A stretch of 64,000 nucleotides of DNA from Vicugna vicugna. Taxonomy: Eukaryota. The stretch lies in contig MU058423.1 in the NCBI GenBank assembly GCA_013265495.1, forward strand, positions 9,843,627-9,907,626, read 5' to 3'. The notes beneath the pieces were generated by a model. That model ran no database searches, had not been told where the DNA came from, and saw nothing but the letters and a program-made list of their open reading frames with translations. Made by a program: the position numbers and the translations under genes. Shown here piece by piece: positions 1 to 12,845 of this stretch (its first letter is position 1; each line of letters opens with the position of its first letter).

Positions 1-1885
1 CAGTTATGAGAACACTTTCATTAAGGGGTTAATGATGACGTTGTTTCTCACGTTGATATATTTCTACATTTTGCAAAAATTACAGATTTGCCGGGAAGGC
101 CTCGTCAGCCTCTGGGCTTGATTCGAAGCTCTTGTCTTTCACTTCATGTTCGTTTCCCATCTTTTCATTCCCACATCTCCTTTGAGCCATACTCTTCTGG
201 CACGATTGCGGCATGTGGATGCTCACGGGTGAGCCTGCCGCCTGAGGGGCACAACCCCCACTCCCCCTGGAGAGCTGGGTGCCCTACATTTAAGAAGAGC
301 CAACACGCCAGAGTTCATTGCATCACATTCTGCACCACGTCAATCTTCTGCTCTTTTTCTAGATTTCTTCAACCTCAGAAATATCTCAAGGCATTTTTAG
401 CAGTGTGCCATTTGCTGCTGCTGCTGCCTCTTCTTCTAGAATTCCTGGGGCCTAAGAATCCTGTGTCTTGGGGCGATCTTTCCCTTGTCTTCACATTTGC
501 CTCAGCGGGAGGTTTGCCTTCAGTATATTATTGACCTAAAGCTGCTATTGATTTTTCCACTGTTTGTGCCTTTTTGTGGATTAAGAGAGGTTAAATATAG
601 CCTCTCCATGTGCACTTTGTCCAACTCTGCATTCCCAGAGTGTTAGAGTTGGTAGAATTTGAGTCCCTTATGTTTCTTCCAAGCATCCCAAACACTGCTT
701 CTGCGATCTCTTTTCTTGCAGGTTTCCATTTGCCTTCAGTTCTGTTTCTCTCTGCTGCTCTACTCTTTCAGCTTTTAAAATTTTACTTAATTCTTAAATA
801 TTTCTCCTTCCTGCCTCTAAAGCAACAACCGTAATATTAATGATAACAGCCAACATTTATTGAGTATTTATGGGGGGTGGTTATATCCTATGCCAGGAGA
901 TTTAAAAGTAGGCATATTTATTTCCCAGTTACCAAGAATGATTCTGAGGATTAATGTGGTTAAGATATATTCTCAAGTTTACAAAATGGGTTAAACTAAA
1001 AAAGAGAGAGAGACACAGGGAGAGAGAGAGAGGAAAGAGGTAAATGACCCATTATCCACATTTAAATAGAACACCTCTATCCCTAAAAATATGCCCAAAG
1101 TTCTTCATTTCACCAGCCAGTTAAATCGATTCTCCTCCAATAAAGAAGGGCAAATGAGAGGCTGGAGACAGTATCAGGAAATATTTACTCCAGTGCTGGA
1201 GAAAAGCAGCATTTTCTTGTGGTTAAGGGTCCAAAGTCCCTAAATGAGCTGTGGTAGAGACTAAACGGTTTCATGTGAGTTACTCTCATTAATAAAATCA
1301 GTAAGTGTCGCTCCTTCCTCAAATGTGTTACAAAACCTCCTTCCCTCTGTAGAGCTGAGGAAAGAGGGAATAACTGTTTTCTCCAATAATATCCAAATTC
1401 AGGACACTCAGGAAAGGGTGTGGCTACTCACGGCCATGGTGGAGGGAGAACTTGCTGATTCACTCATGTCCTGTTTCTCTCTGTCTCACACATGGAAGAA
1501 GAGTGTTCAGATTAGTACTGAAGTTGTGGGGATTATGTACTTTCTATGTTTTCCGATACTGGTGCTTGATAATTTGTTTATTCACAGTGTTATATGTAAA
1601 CTTGAAGGATTTTTTTCCTAAAAGTAGCTTGACTTAAAAAAAAATATGAATATAAAACAGGTCATTGCAAATACGTTATACAATACTTAAACAGGGTAAA
1701 GAAAGTGAAATCACTGGTTACTCTACTTCCGAGAGCCATTGCTGTCAATATTTTCATGGTAACCTTTCAGGGATTTTTCTGTTCCTATAAACACACATAC
1801 CTTAAAATGATAACGTGGGTGGTCCATTATGCAAATGCCCACTAATTTGTAAGAATGTATTTTTCTCCCTTAATAATACATCATT

Positions 1886-2935
1886 GGTGGAGGGGGATCA
1901 AGATGGCAGAGCAGAAAGACCCTGAGCTCAACTTCCACCATGAACACATTAAAACTACAACTACTTATATGGCAACGCTCATGAGAATGACCTGAAGATT
2001 GGCAGGTCATTCTACAACCAAAAGCTGTAAGGAAAGAACAACGTGGAGCCTGGTAGGAAGGGAAGGGAAGTGATTTCATTGGGAAATCTCTACTGGGTGA
2101 CCCAGAAGAGAAGGGGGATATCACAGGCTTGGGGATCCCCCCTAAGAAGTGAGGGCTCAGGGTCCAGCACTGGGAAGATAAGCCCCTTGACTAGTTTGAA
2201 AACTAGTGGGCTTACTGGAGGGCTGTAAGAAACTGAGCCTCCACTCTTGAAGCACACATGCATGAACTAGCTTGTTCCCAGTTCCAGCCCAGGGGCAGCA
2301 GATTGAAGGCTACCTGGTGCTCTGCTGGCCTGCCAGGACCGCCCCAGCATCCCCGACCCCACCCACACAAGCCTCCTGCTCCAGCCCATCCTGCTCTGAC
2401 ACGGCTCCCTGCTAAGGTAGAGACCACCATTGTTTGCAGCAGGGAAAAGCAGAGCCAGCTCAGAAGAGCTGTTCCAGCCCTCTGGGCCTCGGGCACAGCC
2501 CTGACCGAGGCAGAGGTCACCATCACCATCACCATCACCATCACCATCACCATCACATGCAGGCGTGTGAGGTAGAACCAGCTCAGACGTGCAGTTCCAG
2601 CGCCTTGGGTCTCACACTCGCCCCCAGTGAAAGCAGAGACTGCCATGGCTACCAGGGAAGCCCAGCTCCTTCCCTTCAGGGCTCCTGCTCCAGCCCCTTG
2701 GGCCCCAACACCACCTTCTGACAGCGAGGCAACAGCCACTGAGCCTGGGAGAAGCCCCAACTTGCCTGTGGCTTTGGCTTTAGCCCCTCCCACTCCCAGG
2801 CTCACCTCCCACCAAGGCAGCAGCCACCGGCGCGTGATGGAAGACACAGCACATGCTCACGCAGATTCACTCTTCATCAAAGCCACGGGGCACTCACCAA
2901 CTGCATGGGGACACTCCCAAACAAGAACTCCCAGC
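1886..2935 (+). mobile_element. LINE-1 5' UTR fragment (laurasiatherian/cetartiodactyl type), no ORF1 following
   Basis: Begins GGAGGGGGATCAAGATGGCAGAG (typical L1 5' end with YY1-like AAGATGGC); GC-rich internally repeated segments follow; similarity ends near 2935. Confidence 0.7.
2518..2556 (+). repeat. (CACCAT)6 hexamer microsatellite inside the L1 5' UTR
   Basis: Six CACCAT units plus CAC, read directly. Confidence 0.95.
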
Positions 2936-2949
2936 ATGGACGAAGCCCA

Positions 2950-3719
2950 CTGTGACAAATGGCAACAGAGACATGACTCCTTAATTGTGCACTCAATCAG
3001 TGTAGAGTATTTGCAAATGAGTGCTAAGTTTACACCCTCATATGCCTTATTTCCAATAACTGATGTAATCTTTCTTTAAAACCAACTTCCTGTCACTCTC
3101 TCCAACAATGCTGGGGAGAAGGGGAAATATAATTTAGTTGAACCCAGTAACCTATATTGATCCAATAATTTAAAGTTTTTCTTTAGATATTGTCTTATTC
3201 AAGTAAATTCTCCATCTTTGAGGTCCTCTGTTCTTGCCCTGATATATCCAAGACCGTCTCAAGTTGCAAGATGTAAAGGGCTACATAACCCATGGTGACT
3301 GAGAGGACGGGAGGGACAGGTCTGCATACAGGTCCTTAGATGCCCGGCTGGCATACTGTGCTGAAGTTTGTGACTGGAGAATTTGTTGCTTCCCTTTTGG
3401 TTTGATCAGAACCTGGAGGTCCTCCCCTCCTGACTCAGTCTTCCCTTCACGTACGGTGCGGAGAGGTCCTATGTGTGGCTGCAGGCTTCTGTACTTGGTT
3501 GTTCTTGGCCATAATAATTCAATCCCTGCCAGGCCTCTGGCAGGTACCATAGCTGGACCCCCCAACTAATCCTACATCCACACATCAGCTTCCCTCTGAG
3601 GACATGTGGTACTTTCCTGGTCTTTTTCACGGCACATAAGAGTTAAGAGTTCCATGAAGTAAGCCAGAAAGAGAAAGAAAAATACCATGTGATATCACTC
3701 ATATGTGGAATCTAAAAAA

Positions 3720-3758
<39 letters not shown>

Positions 3759-4338
3759 CAACCAGACTTATTTACAAAACAGAAACAGACTCACAGACAT
3801 AGAAAACAAGCTTATAGTTACCAGTGGGGGAAGAGGATGGGATGGGATAAATTGGGAGTTTGAGATTTGCAGATACTAACTACTATATATAAAATAGATA
3901 AACAAGTTCATACTGTACAGCACAGGGAACTATATTCAATATCTTGTAGTAACTTATGGTGAAAAAGAATATGAAAATGAATATATGTGTGTTCATGGAT
4001 GACTGAAGCATTGTGCTATACCCCAGAAATTGACACAATGTTGTAAACTGACTATACTTCAACAAAAATATATATTAAAAAAAGAGTTAACAGTTGCATA
4101 GGAGTTTTGTCTAAGGCTCTCTTTCTGCCTAAAGACTCCAAAAGGAGAGCAGAAGAGCTACTCTCTGCAGTTATGTCCTGTTCAAGGTAGACTTGTTCAG
4201 ACAGTTCTTGATCCAGGACTCGGTGCTGGCGGACCCATCTCTCCATCTTACCATGAATGGTTCCTGTTTGGTGTGGCACATACACATGTGTACATGTCAG
4301 GTATAACACAAACCTTATATTCCCAGCCTGTGTCAAAA
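2950..4338 (-). mobile_element. Possible ancient solo LTR (Gypsy/ERVL-like) interrupted by the L1 at 3656-4081
   Basis: Minus-strand ends TTTGACA...TGTCACA resemble LTR terminal inverted repeats; about 950 bp after removing the L1; family assignment is by impression only. Confidence 0.3.
3656..4081 (+). mobile_element. 5'-truncated LINE-1 3' end with TSD
   Basis: End of ORF2 (gaagtaagccagaaagagaaagaaaaataccat...tgtggaatctaa), 3' UTR and A-rich tail; TSD aagagttaagagttccat (3638-3655) / aagagttaacagttgcat (4082-4099); internal (AAAT)10 at 3717-3756. Confidence 0.9.
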
Positions 4339-5349
4339 ATATTTTTGACTTTTCTTGGTGTTTTTCCATTTAAAAATTGACCTAGCTTAGTGGGGTATGT
4401 AGGAGAGACGATCTTAAGGCACAGCTCATAAAGCAGAATTGCCACCATCAAGTAACAGCAAACAACATTTGATTGGGGCGGATGGGAAGGTGGAGACAAA
4501 CAAACCTAACAGAGCTATATCCTCTGGCAGGTGAAGAGGTGTCGGGGTCAGCATGCCACTGTAAAAGTGGTTGCCAGTACTCTTTTATCTTCTCAAGTCA
4601 TTTGCAATTTTAGAGATGCCCAGTTTGTACTAAGGCGTAACGAGCCCCCTGAGATTTTAACGTTGTCGGCCCAGTTTTAAAACGTGGTTAACTGAGCGGT
4701 TAATGTAGGGTGAGTTCTTGGGACTGCGTTAGGCCAATGCGTCTAATTAGGTTGCATGCCCACTGGGCACGGCCTGTGAGTGCTTTACTAAGTTTTTCTT
4801 AAAGGCTTAGCACCTCTTTTGTCTCAATGAATTTCTTTTGCACTAAATCTCACAAAACGGTATGCAAATCACCTCTTAAACATTATAAAAATAAAACCCC
4901 ATAATTTGTGGAACTAATACTTTCACTCAATTTGAAACCTGGCCTCTGATTTTACGAACGTACTTTGATACTGTTACGTCACTTTTTTCCCAAAACAGTG
5001 AAGGGAAAAATCCACTGACTGACGTTTATTTTAGGTAGTGTTAGGCTACTGGCATCTTGTAGGATTCTATAATTCTGTGTCTATATGAAGGAATTTTTAA
5101 AAATTATTCTGTATTATTTCCACCCAAGGTTTCTAGACTGATTTATTAGTTGTTCAGTTATTTAATCAGTAGCTCAAAACCTTAGAAGTTTCCACTTTTT
5201 CTGATATTATCAGTGGCTTATGTAAACATTACTTTTGTATTTCACTGACAACTAACTTTTAAAACTTTATCAGAACCAACCTTTTTCTACTGTCCACAGC
5301 TATTTTATTACAGATGTACTCAGAGTTAAAATCCCTTTCAAGAGAAACT

Positions 5350-5480
5350 TGCTCATCATACATCCATACCACAGTATTTAGACTAAGATCCATGAAGACA
5401 CATCGAGGTCTTGTCTGTCTTTAGTTTACAACACAGAGTCCGGCACATGAAAAGGACACAACCAAATATGAATGAATAAG
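5350..5480 (+). mobile_element. L2 3' end fragment
   Basis: tagactaagatccatgaag...gtcttgtctgtc...ggcacatg...aaatatgaatgaat resembles the L2 terminus. Confidence 0.55.
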
Positions 5481-5659
5481 TACCTTATTGAAACCTCTTG
5501 GCAATAAGGGACACCCAATCATGTGTTCATGGGATGCCACCTCGGGAAAGAGAAAGAACGGTGACTCTGGGAGACTCTGCTCATGAATATTCAGGGGACT
5601 CATGAGAACTTCATTCAGGGGGAGACTCATTCAAGACAGAAAGGTCCGTGTAGGCGGAT

Positions 5660-6235
5660 ATTTACAGGGAAAATAAGGGACAGAAAAAACTATGATAAAT
5701 GATACCTAAGGAAAATAATCATCAAAATCCAGTCTTGGGAAACCATATAGAATAATGGAATTAAAAGTCAGGTTTCTTCAATAAAAAGATGGAGAGAGAG
5801 AGGAGAGAGAAAAAGAGAGAGAGATCTGGGGACTATAAGATACTTAAAAGACATATGAAGTTATATAAGAATGCCTGTATTTTAGAAGTACTTAGAGATG
5901 AAATGATATGATGTCTAAGATTTCCTTCAAAGTAATCCAACGGTAAAAGATATAACTGGAGATCTATATTTGCACCTGGGTAATAGGGACACATGGAAGT
6001 TTATTACACTATCTTACTTCTGTACATGTTTAATTTTTTCTAAAATTAGTAAGCTAAAAATGATACAATAGGAACAGAGCATTTTTCAAAGAAATTATTA
6101 TTTTACTCTTAGATCTTTTAATTATTAAACAAGATATAAAATAACCATCCAGTTCAAGAACTTCAAAAAGAATAACACAGCAAACTCAAGGAATACAAAA
6201 GTAAATTAAAAATTAAAGCAGATATTAAAAATTTC
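5660..6235 (+). mobile_element. Old L1M (L1MC/L1MD-like) 3' UTR plus adjacent L1 ORF2 remnant
   Basis: gatgaaatgatatgatgtctaagatttccttcaaagtaatcca...acatggaagtttattacactatcttacttctgtacatgttt; 6100-6230 resembles the L1 ORF2 KLEK..PK..RRKEIIKIRAEI region. Confidence 0.55.
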
Positions 6236-8599
6236 AGAATATAATGATTTCTATGTCATAAAAATTCTTCAGTGCAGTAACTGATTCCTAATTTCCTACG
6301 TGAGGGCATTTAAATCAAACAGTCTTAAAATCTAGCTTAATAACAAAAAATCCTTCTAATGGAATTCAGTCGGAATAGCATCCTTTCTCTTCATTTAATT
6401 CATCTAATCTTCATCTCTTCATAGAACGTATAGACTTCTTATGAGTCCTGGTGTCACAGAATCAATAAAAGTGATGGAAGTGATTTCTTTTAAAACAGTA
6501 TTAGAACACTGGCCTGCTTCTGGGACCTCATAGGTATCATCCTAGGACGGTTGACTCTCCTCTGCCGTGAACTCTTGCTAATAATCCAAGTGATAACCCC
6601 AAATCACTAGCAACACGCCAGATTCTTCAAGGAGTTTTCCAGTCATGCCGCAAACAGCTGACTACACTGCCTTCCCTCCTGTAGATCGCTGCCCCTCTGC
6701 CTCCTTCCCTGGTGCCTCCCTTCGCTACTTCTACACGGGGCACAAACGTTGGCAAGGCAAGCTTTCCATATGATAATTTCTCCTACTCAGTCAAGATAGA
6801 TTCCAAAATCCAAATCATTAAATAAACATCGGACATGGTAGACTCTCTTCCATTAATAAGGGACACTGGTATTCAGCTGGTTAAGTCTCTGATGTTGAAA
6901 GTCACTTTATAACACACTCCATAAGTAAATAATAAATATCTAGCCACAGTTTATGATATACATTTCCAATATGTAATATCACTTTTTCTCTAAAATGTTC
7001 TCCATAAACTGAATTGGCAATAGCTCATGTAGGCATTATTTTATGTATCTATGGAGCTATCTAATTATTTTTGCTTAAGAATCTATGCAATATTGGGAAA
7101 ATACTTTGTTTCTCTGAGGCTGAATTTCTTCATAGATAACATTAAATAGTAACACTAATTTATATTGATGTTGTACAAATTAAACAACAATGTATGTGTT
7201 CAACATAGTGCCTGACTCATGATACACACATTGTATGTCTTAGAATTCTCTGAACAAATTCAAAAGGACAAACATTTAAACACTAAACATACATTCCTTA
7301 TGAGTTGTATATTATTATGTGATTCCAGTGTCACTACTAAGATATTTGGGCAATAACTCTTGTGTATTTCAGTCATGACATTCCTTCCACTCACCATTTA
7401 GAAGAAATTTTTAGAGAAAATCATTTATAAAGAAATACAATTCATATTTTTTCTCACAACTTGATGATAAAGAAATTACGAACGACATGCTCCTAATAGA
7501 AAAAAAAAAGTCATGAAAATAAAATTAAAATGAAACTATTCCTGGTGGCTTATTCATGAGCTGTTGACTATGCTGATTTAATCACACACAGTTACAAGAT
7601 TTTAGAACTGAAAAAAAAAAAGTTGAAGATATCAAGTACGATCCTGAGCAGCTCATCTTCTATACTTGGGGGTGTTACTCATCTCTTTAAGGAGAATATA
7701 AATCCCAATAAATCAAAAACAAATATATTCTTCCCGTGCTAAATCACTTAGGGAGATATATTTGACAAAAGTTTTTAAAAATTTAGGGAGAAATCTTTTG
7801 CTTTCTCTATCCCTTTAATTCCTTTAATGGAATAGGGTGAGGGTGGAAGGGTGGGGCAAGGAAAGATATAAACAATGGTATAATTTTGGTTTATTATAAG
7901 GCCTAAATTAATATTATTTCTGTTCTCCACAGTATCAAACAGAGAAGGGAAAGAAAGCACTTATTTTCAAAAATTAAGTTGAAGAAAAATAAACCTACTA
8001 GAATTCATCTTTGATCATACGGCTGCTAAATCAATCTCATTTTCTACTGATTTATTTTGCTTCCTTCAGGGAAATCTAAATACTGAAATCTTGCCTAAAC
8101 AGATAAAGATTATTTTTAGCCTTTTTCAATTTTAGATTAGATCTTAAATTTGGTGTTTTTTTCAATTCCAGAAAATGTTTGAGTTCTAGGTGCACAAGAG
8201 GTACCTCCAAAAGAGTTCTTTGTTAGATCAAAATCCACGATTTTTTTTCATGTGTTAAGTAAGACAGCAGTCAAAGGCCACCCAAATCTGGTCCCTTCCA
8301 ATAGCTTTCTCCCCCTTCCTCCTTTTGATCAGCACTTATCCCTTCCTACTCCATCAAAATACATCTACATAGTATACAGACTAATAAGACCCCTTTATTT
8401 GATCATTTCTGTGATTCTTTACCCACTTAAGACTTATTTTTCCATAACTTTCTGCTATTGGGAGAGACTGTTCAAACATTTTGGCTATTTAAGGTCTATG
8501 CAAACCCAGGATCCATCTCAAATCCATCTCCTGCCAAGAAACCATATTTCATTTTTCTATTTGTAATTACTATCTCTCCAATTTAATTACTTATGAGAC

Positions 8600-10010
8600 C
8601 CCGAACCTTGGTTAAATTAAATTTTCTGACTTTCATCCTGCTCCAAGCATCTGAACTTGGTTAGAAGACAGCAATGTTGATCAGTATAATTTTAAATTCA
8701 TCTGTACTGACTTTAAGTTACAAGCAATTCAACCACATTCCTCAGTTAGCTTTCTAAGTCTCGCAGATAAAGGTTTCACGTTTCCTCCTCTCTCTCAAAA
8801 CTCCGATGCCTCTATCCTTATCTCATTTGATTTCCTGAATTCTTAGGTCATTGGGAAAACATGGGTAATGCATGCTCTTCCTACTAGATTTACCAGTTTA
8901 CTTGCATCTGTATTTGTATAATCAGTCTATGACAATAGCTAAATAATGGTGCCCCTACCTCCGAACAAACTCTTCCTTTGTGCACAAAATTCATTCCTCT
9001 CACTCACTCTAGGGTATTATTCCTGCAGTTAGTCCGTTCTCTCCTGCATTGCCATTTTTATCTTTTATTACATAATTTTATCAGCATACAAACAGTTCCA
9101 ATAGCTCTCATATTAAGAAAAAGCCTTTCTTCACCTCACATCCCCTTCCAGCTACTATTCTAATTTTCTGTCCCTCTTTACAGCAGAATTCCACAAAAGA
9201 CTTGTCCATCCTCCTACCCTCCATGTGTCCTTTTATTCTCTCTTGAATCCAAGAGAGTCATCAGGTAATTGGTTGGCTTTACCTTCAAAAGATATCCGAA
9301 TGTTGGCAACGTTCCCCCATCTTCACCCTCGTCTAGAGAAGCATCATTTCTCACCTGAACTAGTGCGTCAGCCTTCCAACTGGACTTCCTGCTTCCTTCA
9401 TCGTCCCCACCCGTGCATTCTGAGTGGTACTTTTAAAACATAAATTAGTTAGCTCATGACACTCTTCTGCCCAAAACCCACTGGGGTTTTGCTTCAAGCT
9501 CAGAATACAATTCAAATCTGCAGCACGGTTTGCAAAGCTCCCATGATCCTGCGCTCCACTAACTCTATGACGTCATCCACTGCTAATTTCTCATTCTGAC
9601 CTCACCTCATCTCAGTTACTCTGCTCCAGCCCCCGTGTCCTACATGGAGACCCTCAAGCATGCCGAGCACACTCCTGCCTCAGAACTTGGCACTCGCTGT
9701 CCCCTTGTCTGAGGATGTCCTCCCCCTCATAACCACATGCTGCCCCTCACTTCCTTTAGTCTCTGCTCAAATGCCACTTCCTTATCGGAGAGGCCTCACC
9801 TAATCACGCGATATTATGCCTCTCCCCCTCACTCTGCATTATTTCCCTGCATAGCTTTTATCACTACCTAAATATCACATGGGTGTTTATCAACAGCTTT
9901 CCTTGCTAGAACATAGTCTACATGAGAGATTTTTTTTCACTTCTCTCCGTCCAGCATCCAGAACTGTATCTTTCAGGTAACTGCTCTCAGTAAATATTTG
10001 TTGGCTCAAT
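8600..10010 (+). mobile_element. Long degraded L2 (L2a-like)
   Basis: Pyrimidine-rich L2 hallmarks (actctgctccagcc..., tctctgctcaaatgccacttccttatcggagaggcctcacctaatcac), ending ctcagtaaatatttgttgg. Confidence 0.7.
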
Positions 10011-10124
10011 GATAATATCACATGTTTGATCTTCCATTATGTCATTTACTAGAACTTATTTGCACTATGTGCCTAATACATATGCATCTTCTGGTCCATA
10101 TATATATTTTCTTCAGAGCAACCG

Positions 10125-10285
10125 GTAATGCTAACAATACACTTGCATTTTGCACACATAACCTGTTTAAACTCCGATAACAAATCTGAGATAAGGGTTA
10201 TATTATTCTCATTTTATAGATACGGAAACAAATCCAAAGAGATCAAAACTGTTGAACACGGTTATCATTCACAAACCTCATTCCT
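10125..10285 (-). mobile_element. MIR
   Basis: tattattctcattttatagatacggaaac, MIR core. Confidence 0.6.
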
Positions 10286-11029
10286 GACCTCCCAAACTGA
10301 AAACTTTCCCTATAACTTTACGTTTGAATTTGCATTTCTAACATTTAGTCCAAACTATGCTATTTATTGGAAATTTCATTAAATTATATAACAAATGAAT
10401 TAAATGCAAGTATCACTTATATACACCTTTGAAACTTGGATCTATAGAAATGGCAGTTGAATTAACTACTTCTCAAGACCTGTTTTCCCATTTGCCTTCA
10501 TTTTCCTCCACGCTCATTGATGAAAGCGTGCTTAAGTACCAGGAAATAACAGAGCTGCCTAAACCATTGGGCACGAATAGCTGGAAAAACACACTGTTTC
10601 AGCTCAGTGAGACATTGAAATTTCTATTTTTAGAAATTCTTTTGGAGAGAGTGAGGCTCGATGAAGTATATGAAAACCTAAACTGTCATGTTTTATTTAT
10701 TGACCTAAATTGTTTAAATAACCCAGCCTTTATACTTTTCAGATTTAATTATTTTTATGCCACTAATTTTCTATGATTTTCTAATCATGTTCCCATATTC
10801 CCTCCCCGAGGCCTTTATATTTCTAATTCTTACAGATATGACATAGGCTGGAACAAACTGATGAGAAAAAAAGAAAAAAGTAGAAATTTGCCCAACAACA
10901 TCCTTTCTGTCATTTTCTAGCTGTGCTTCCCTTGCTCCCAAATTAGCTGCAGTTCCAGAAGGAATGCTGCTATGGCTCCAGAGTGAGTGTGTGAAGGTCC
11001 AGGCCTGTGAAAGACGCTGGACTTTCCAC

Positions 11030-11870
11030 AGAGAATCTCCCCTGCCTGCTGCCCCTCCCCATCTTGTTCATCCCCCTAGGGCTAGATGTCTATTTCCGCG
11101 ATGCCTGGAAGTCACCCTGGGCATCTCTTTTCCCTCTCTACGCTTTCCGTCCTGCATATCAAATCCATCACTGAATCCTGTTGACTTTATGTTCTAAGAG
11201 CTCTCTAATCTGTGAACTTCTCTCCCTCTTGATTGTCACAGCCCTGGTCCAAGCCTCTGGCTTATGGCAATAGCTTTCATGCACGTCTTCCAGCTTTCAA
11301 ACTCTTTTTGATAAACAGCCACTGTGATTTATTTTAAACACAAATCAATTCACATCTGTGTAAAACCCTTCAATGTCTTCCCATTGTGGTTAGGAAACAA
11401 GTCAACTCCTTTCCATAAACTACAGTGTTCTTTATGATTTAGCCCAGCTAATGCCACTGTCTCAGTACCTACTGTCCTATGCAGGTAACTCCAGTGGGAC
11501 GTTTTCAGATAGTCTCCCCTCCACCTGGGGTGCTCTTCCCCAGATTCTGCAAGGCTGGATGCTTCTCGCTTTCGGGTCTCAGTTTAAAGGACTTTTCTTC
11601 AGAGAGGCTCTCCCTGACCACCCAAAGTCAAGCCATTGTTCTCATCACATTCTCTGTCAAACAACTTAGTTCGGTCTCTCTGTAATACGTTTTGCATTCA
11701 CAGTGACATGTTTACTTGTTGATTGTATGTGTCTCTCATTAGACTGTAGACTTCAAGGGAACGGAGTCAGTATCTCTGCTGGTCTCCAGGACCTCACACA
11801 GTGCCAAGCATGCGGTAGTTACTCAGTAAATAATGATGAGGGAATGAATGAGTGAATGAATAAATGAAAA
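11030..11870 (+). mobile_element. L2 3' portion
   Basis: ttcagagaggctctccctgaccaccc...tagactgtagacttcaaggga...cacacagtgccaagcatgcggtagttactcagtaaat, then (TGAA)n tail. Confidence 0.75.
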
Positions 11871-12679
11871 CTGAATGAATTTTTTGATTAACTTAGCAAA
11901 CTAAAATTATTTGGTTCAGATTATTTTCCAAGATGTTCAAGCCAAATAAGCTTAATTATAGACAAAATAAAAACATACCTAGTCATATTTTCACTATAGT
12001 GTTTTGCATTTTAATAGAATAAGAGTAAATTTGTCTTTGTGGAAACATCCATTTTATCAACAAAACATTAATTATTAGACAAACTATAAACACTGGACTT
12101 AATTAAAATGAAGGCATATCTGACTCCGCACTGCAGGTGCCTTGTTCTCACAAAGTCCCTCATGAAAGCGTCTCCTGGTGTTTATGCCTCTTATCCCTCT
12201 TCCCGTGGCCAAGATTTATTTATGTTGTAGTTTTGCTCTGGGACAAGGACACAGTACTGCTCACTTTCATTGCCTCAAACTCTGCCTCATTCAAATCAAC
12301 TTACGCAAGTAGATGTCTGAGAGCAGGCTTCTCTGTCTCTACCAGCTCAACAGATGTATGTGTATCTTTGTCTAGGGTAATACATATCATGTGTAAAGCA
12401 CATGGCATGAAAAATATTTTTTTTAATTTTAAAGGAAAATCCTTAATGTCAAAACTTAAGCTAAAAGCGCAGAATATAAAATAATGTAGGAAAGAAATTA
12501 TAGGAAATTTGAATATAGATATCATATGTAAAGTTATGTTATAATTCAAAAAAATTCATTACAGTAGAGATGAGAATACATTGCCATATCATCTATTGAC
12601 TTTTCCAAAATACTGGACTGAATTCTGAGACAAACGTGTGGAAGATAATAGCAATTAAACATTCTGAACCCCTAAGTTT

Positions 12680-12845
12680 TGGAAGCACTTTATGTGCATC
12701 AGGTAATTTATGCCCCACAAAAATTCAGTGAGGTAGGGAGGATTGTTCACACTGTTTTACAGATGAATAAACATGACACATAAATACTGAGTAACTTGTA
12801 CAAAGTCACACAGCTAGAAGGTGGCACGGATAAGACTTGAATCTA
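12680..12845 (-). mobile_element. MIR
   Basis: ctgttttacagatgaataaac...agtaacttgtacaaagtcacacagctagaaggtggca. Confidence 0.7.

Noticed and set aside
88..834. 148-aa and 74-aa ORFs / possible pseudogene
   Set aside because: Non-ATG starts, no recognisable domain and no splice or poly(A) support.
2212..3079. ORFs with poly-His, (TI)n or (VM)n tracts
   Set aside because: Translations of the (CACCAT)n microsatellite inside an L1 5' UTR; no recognisable protein.
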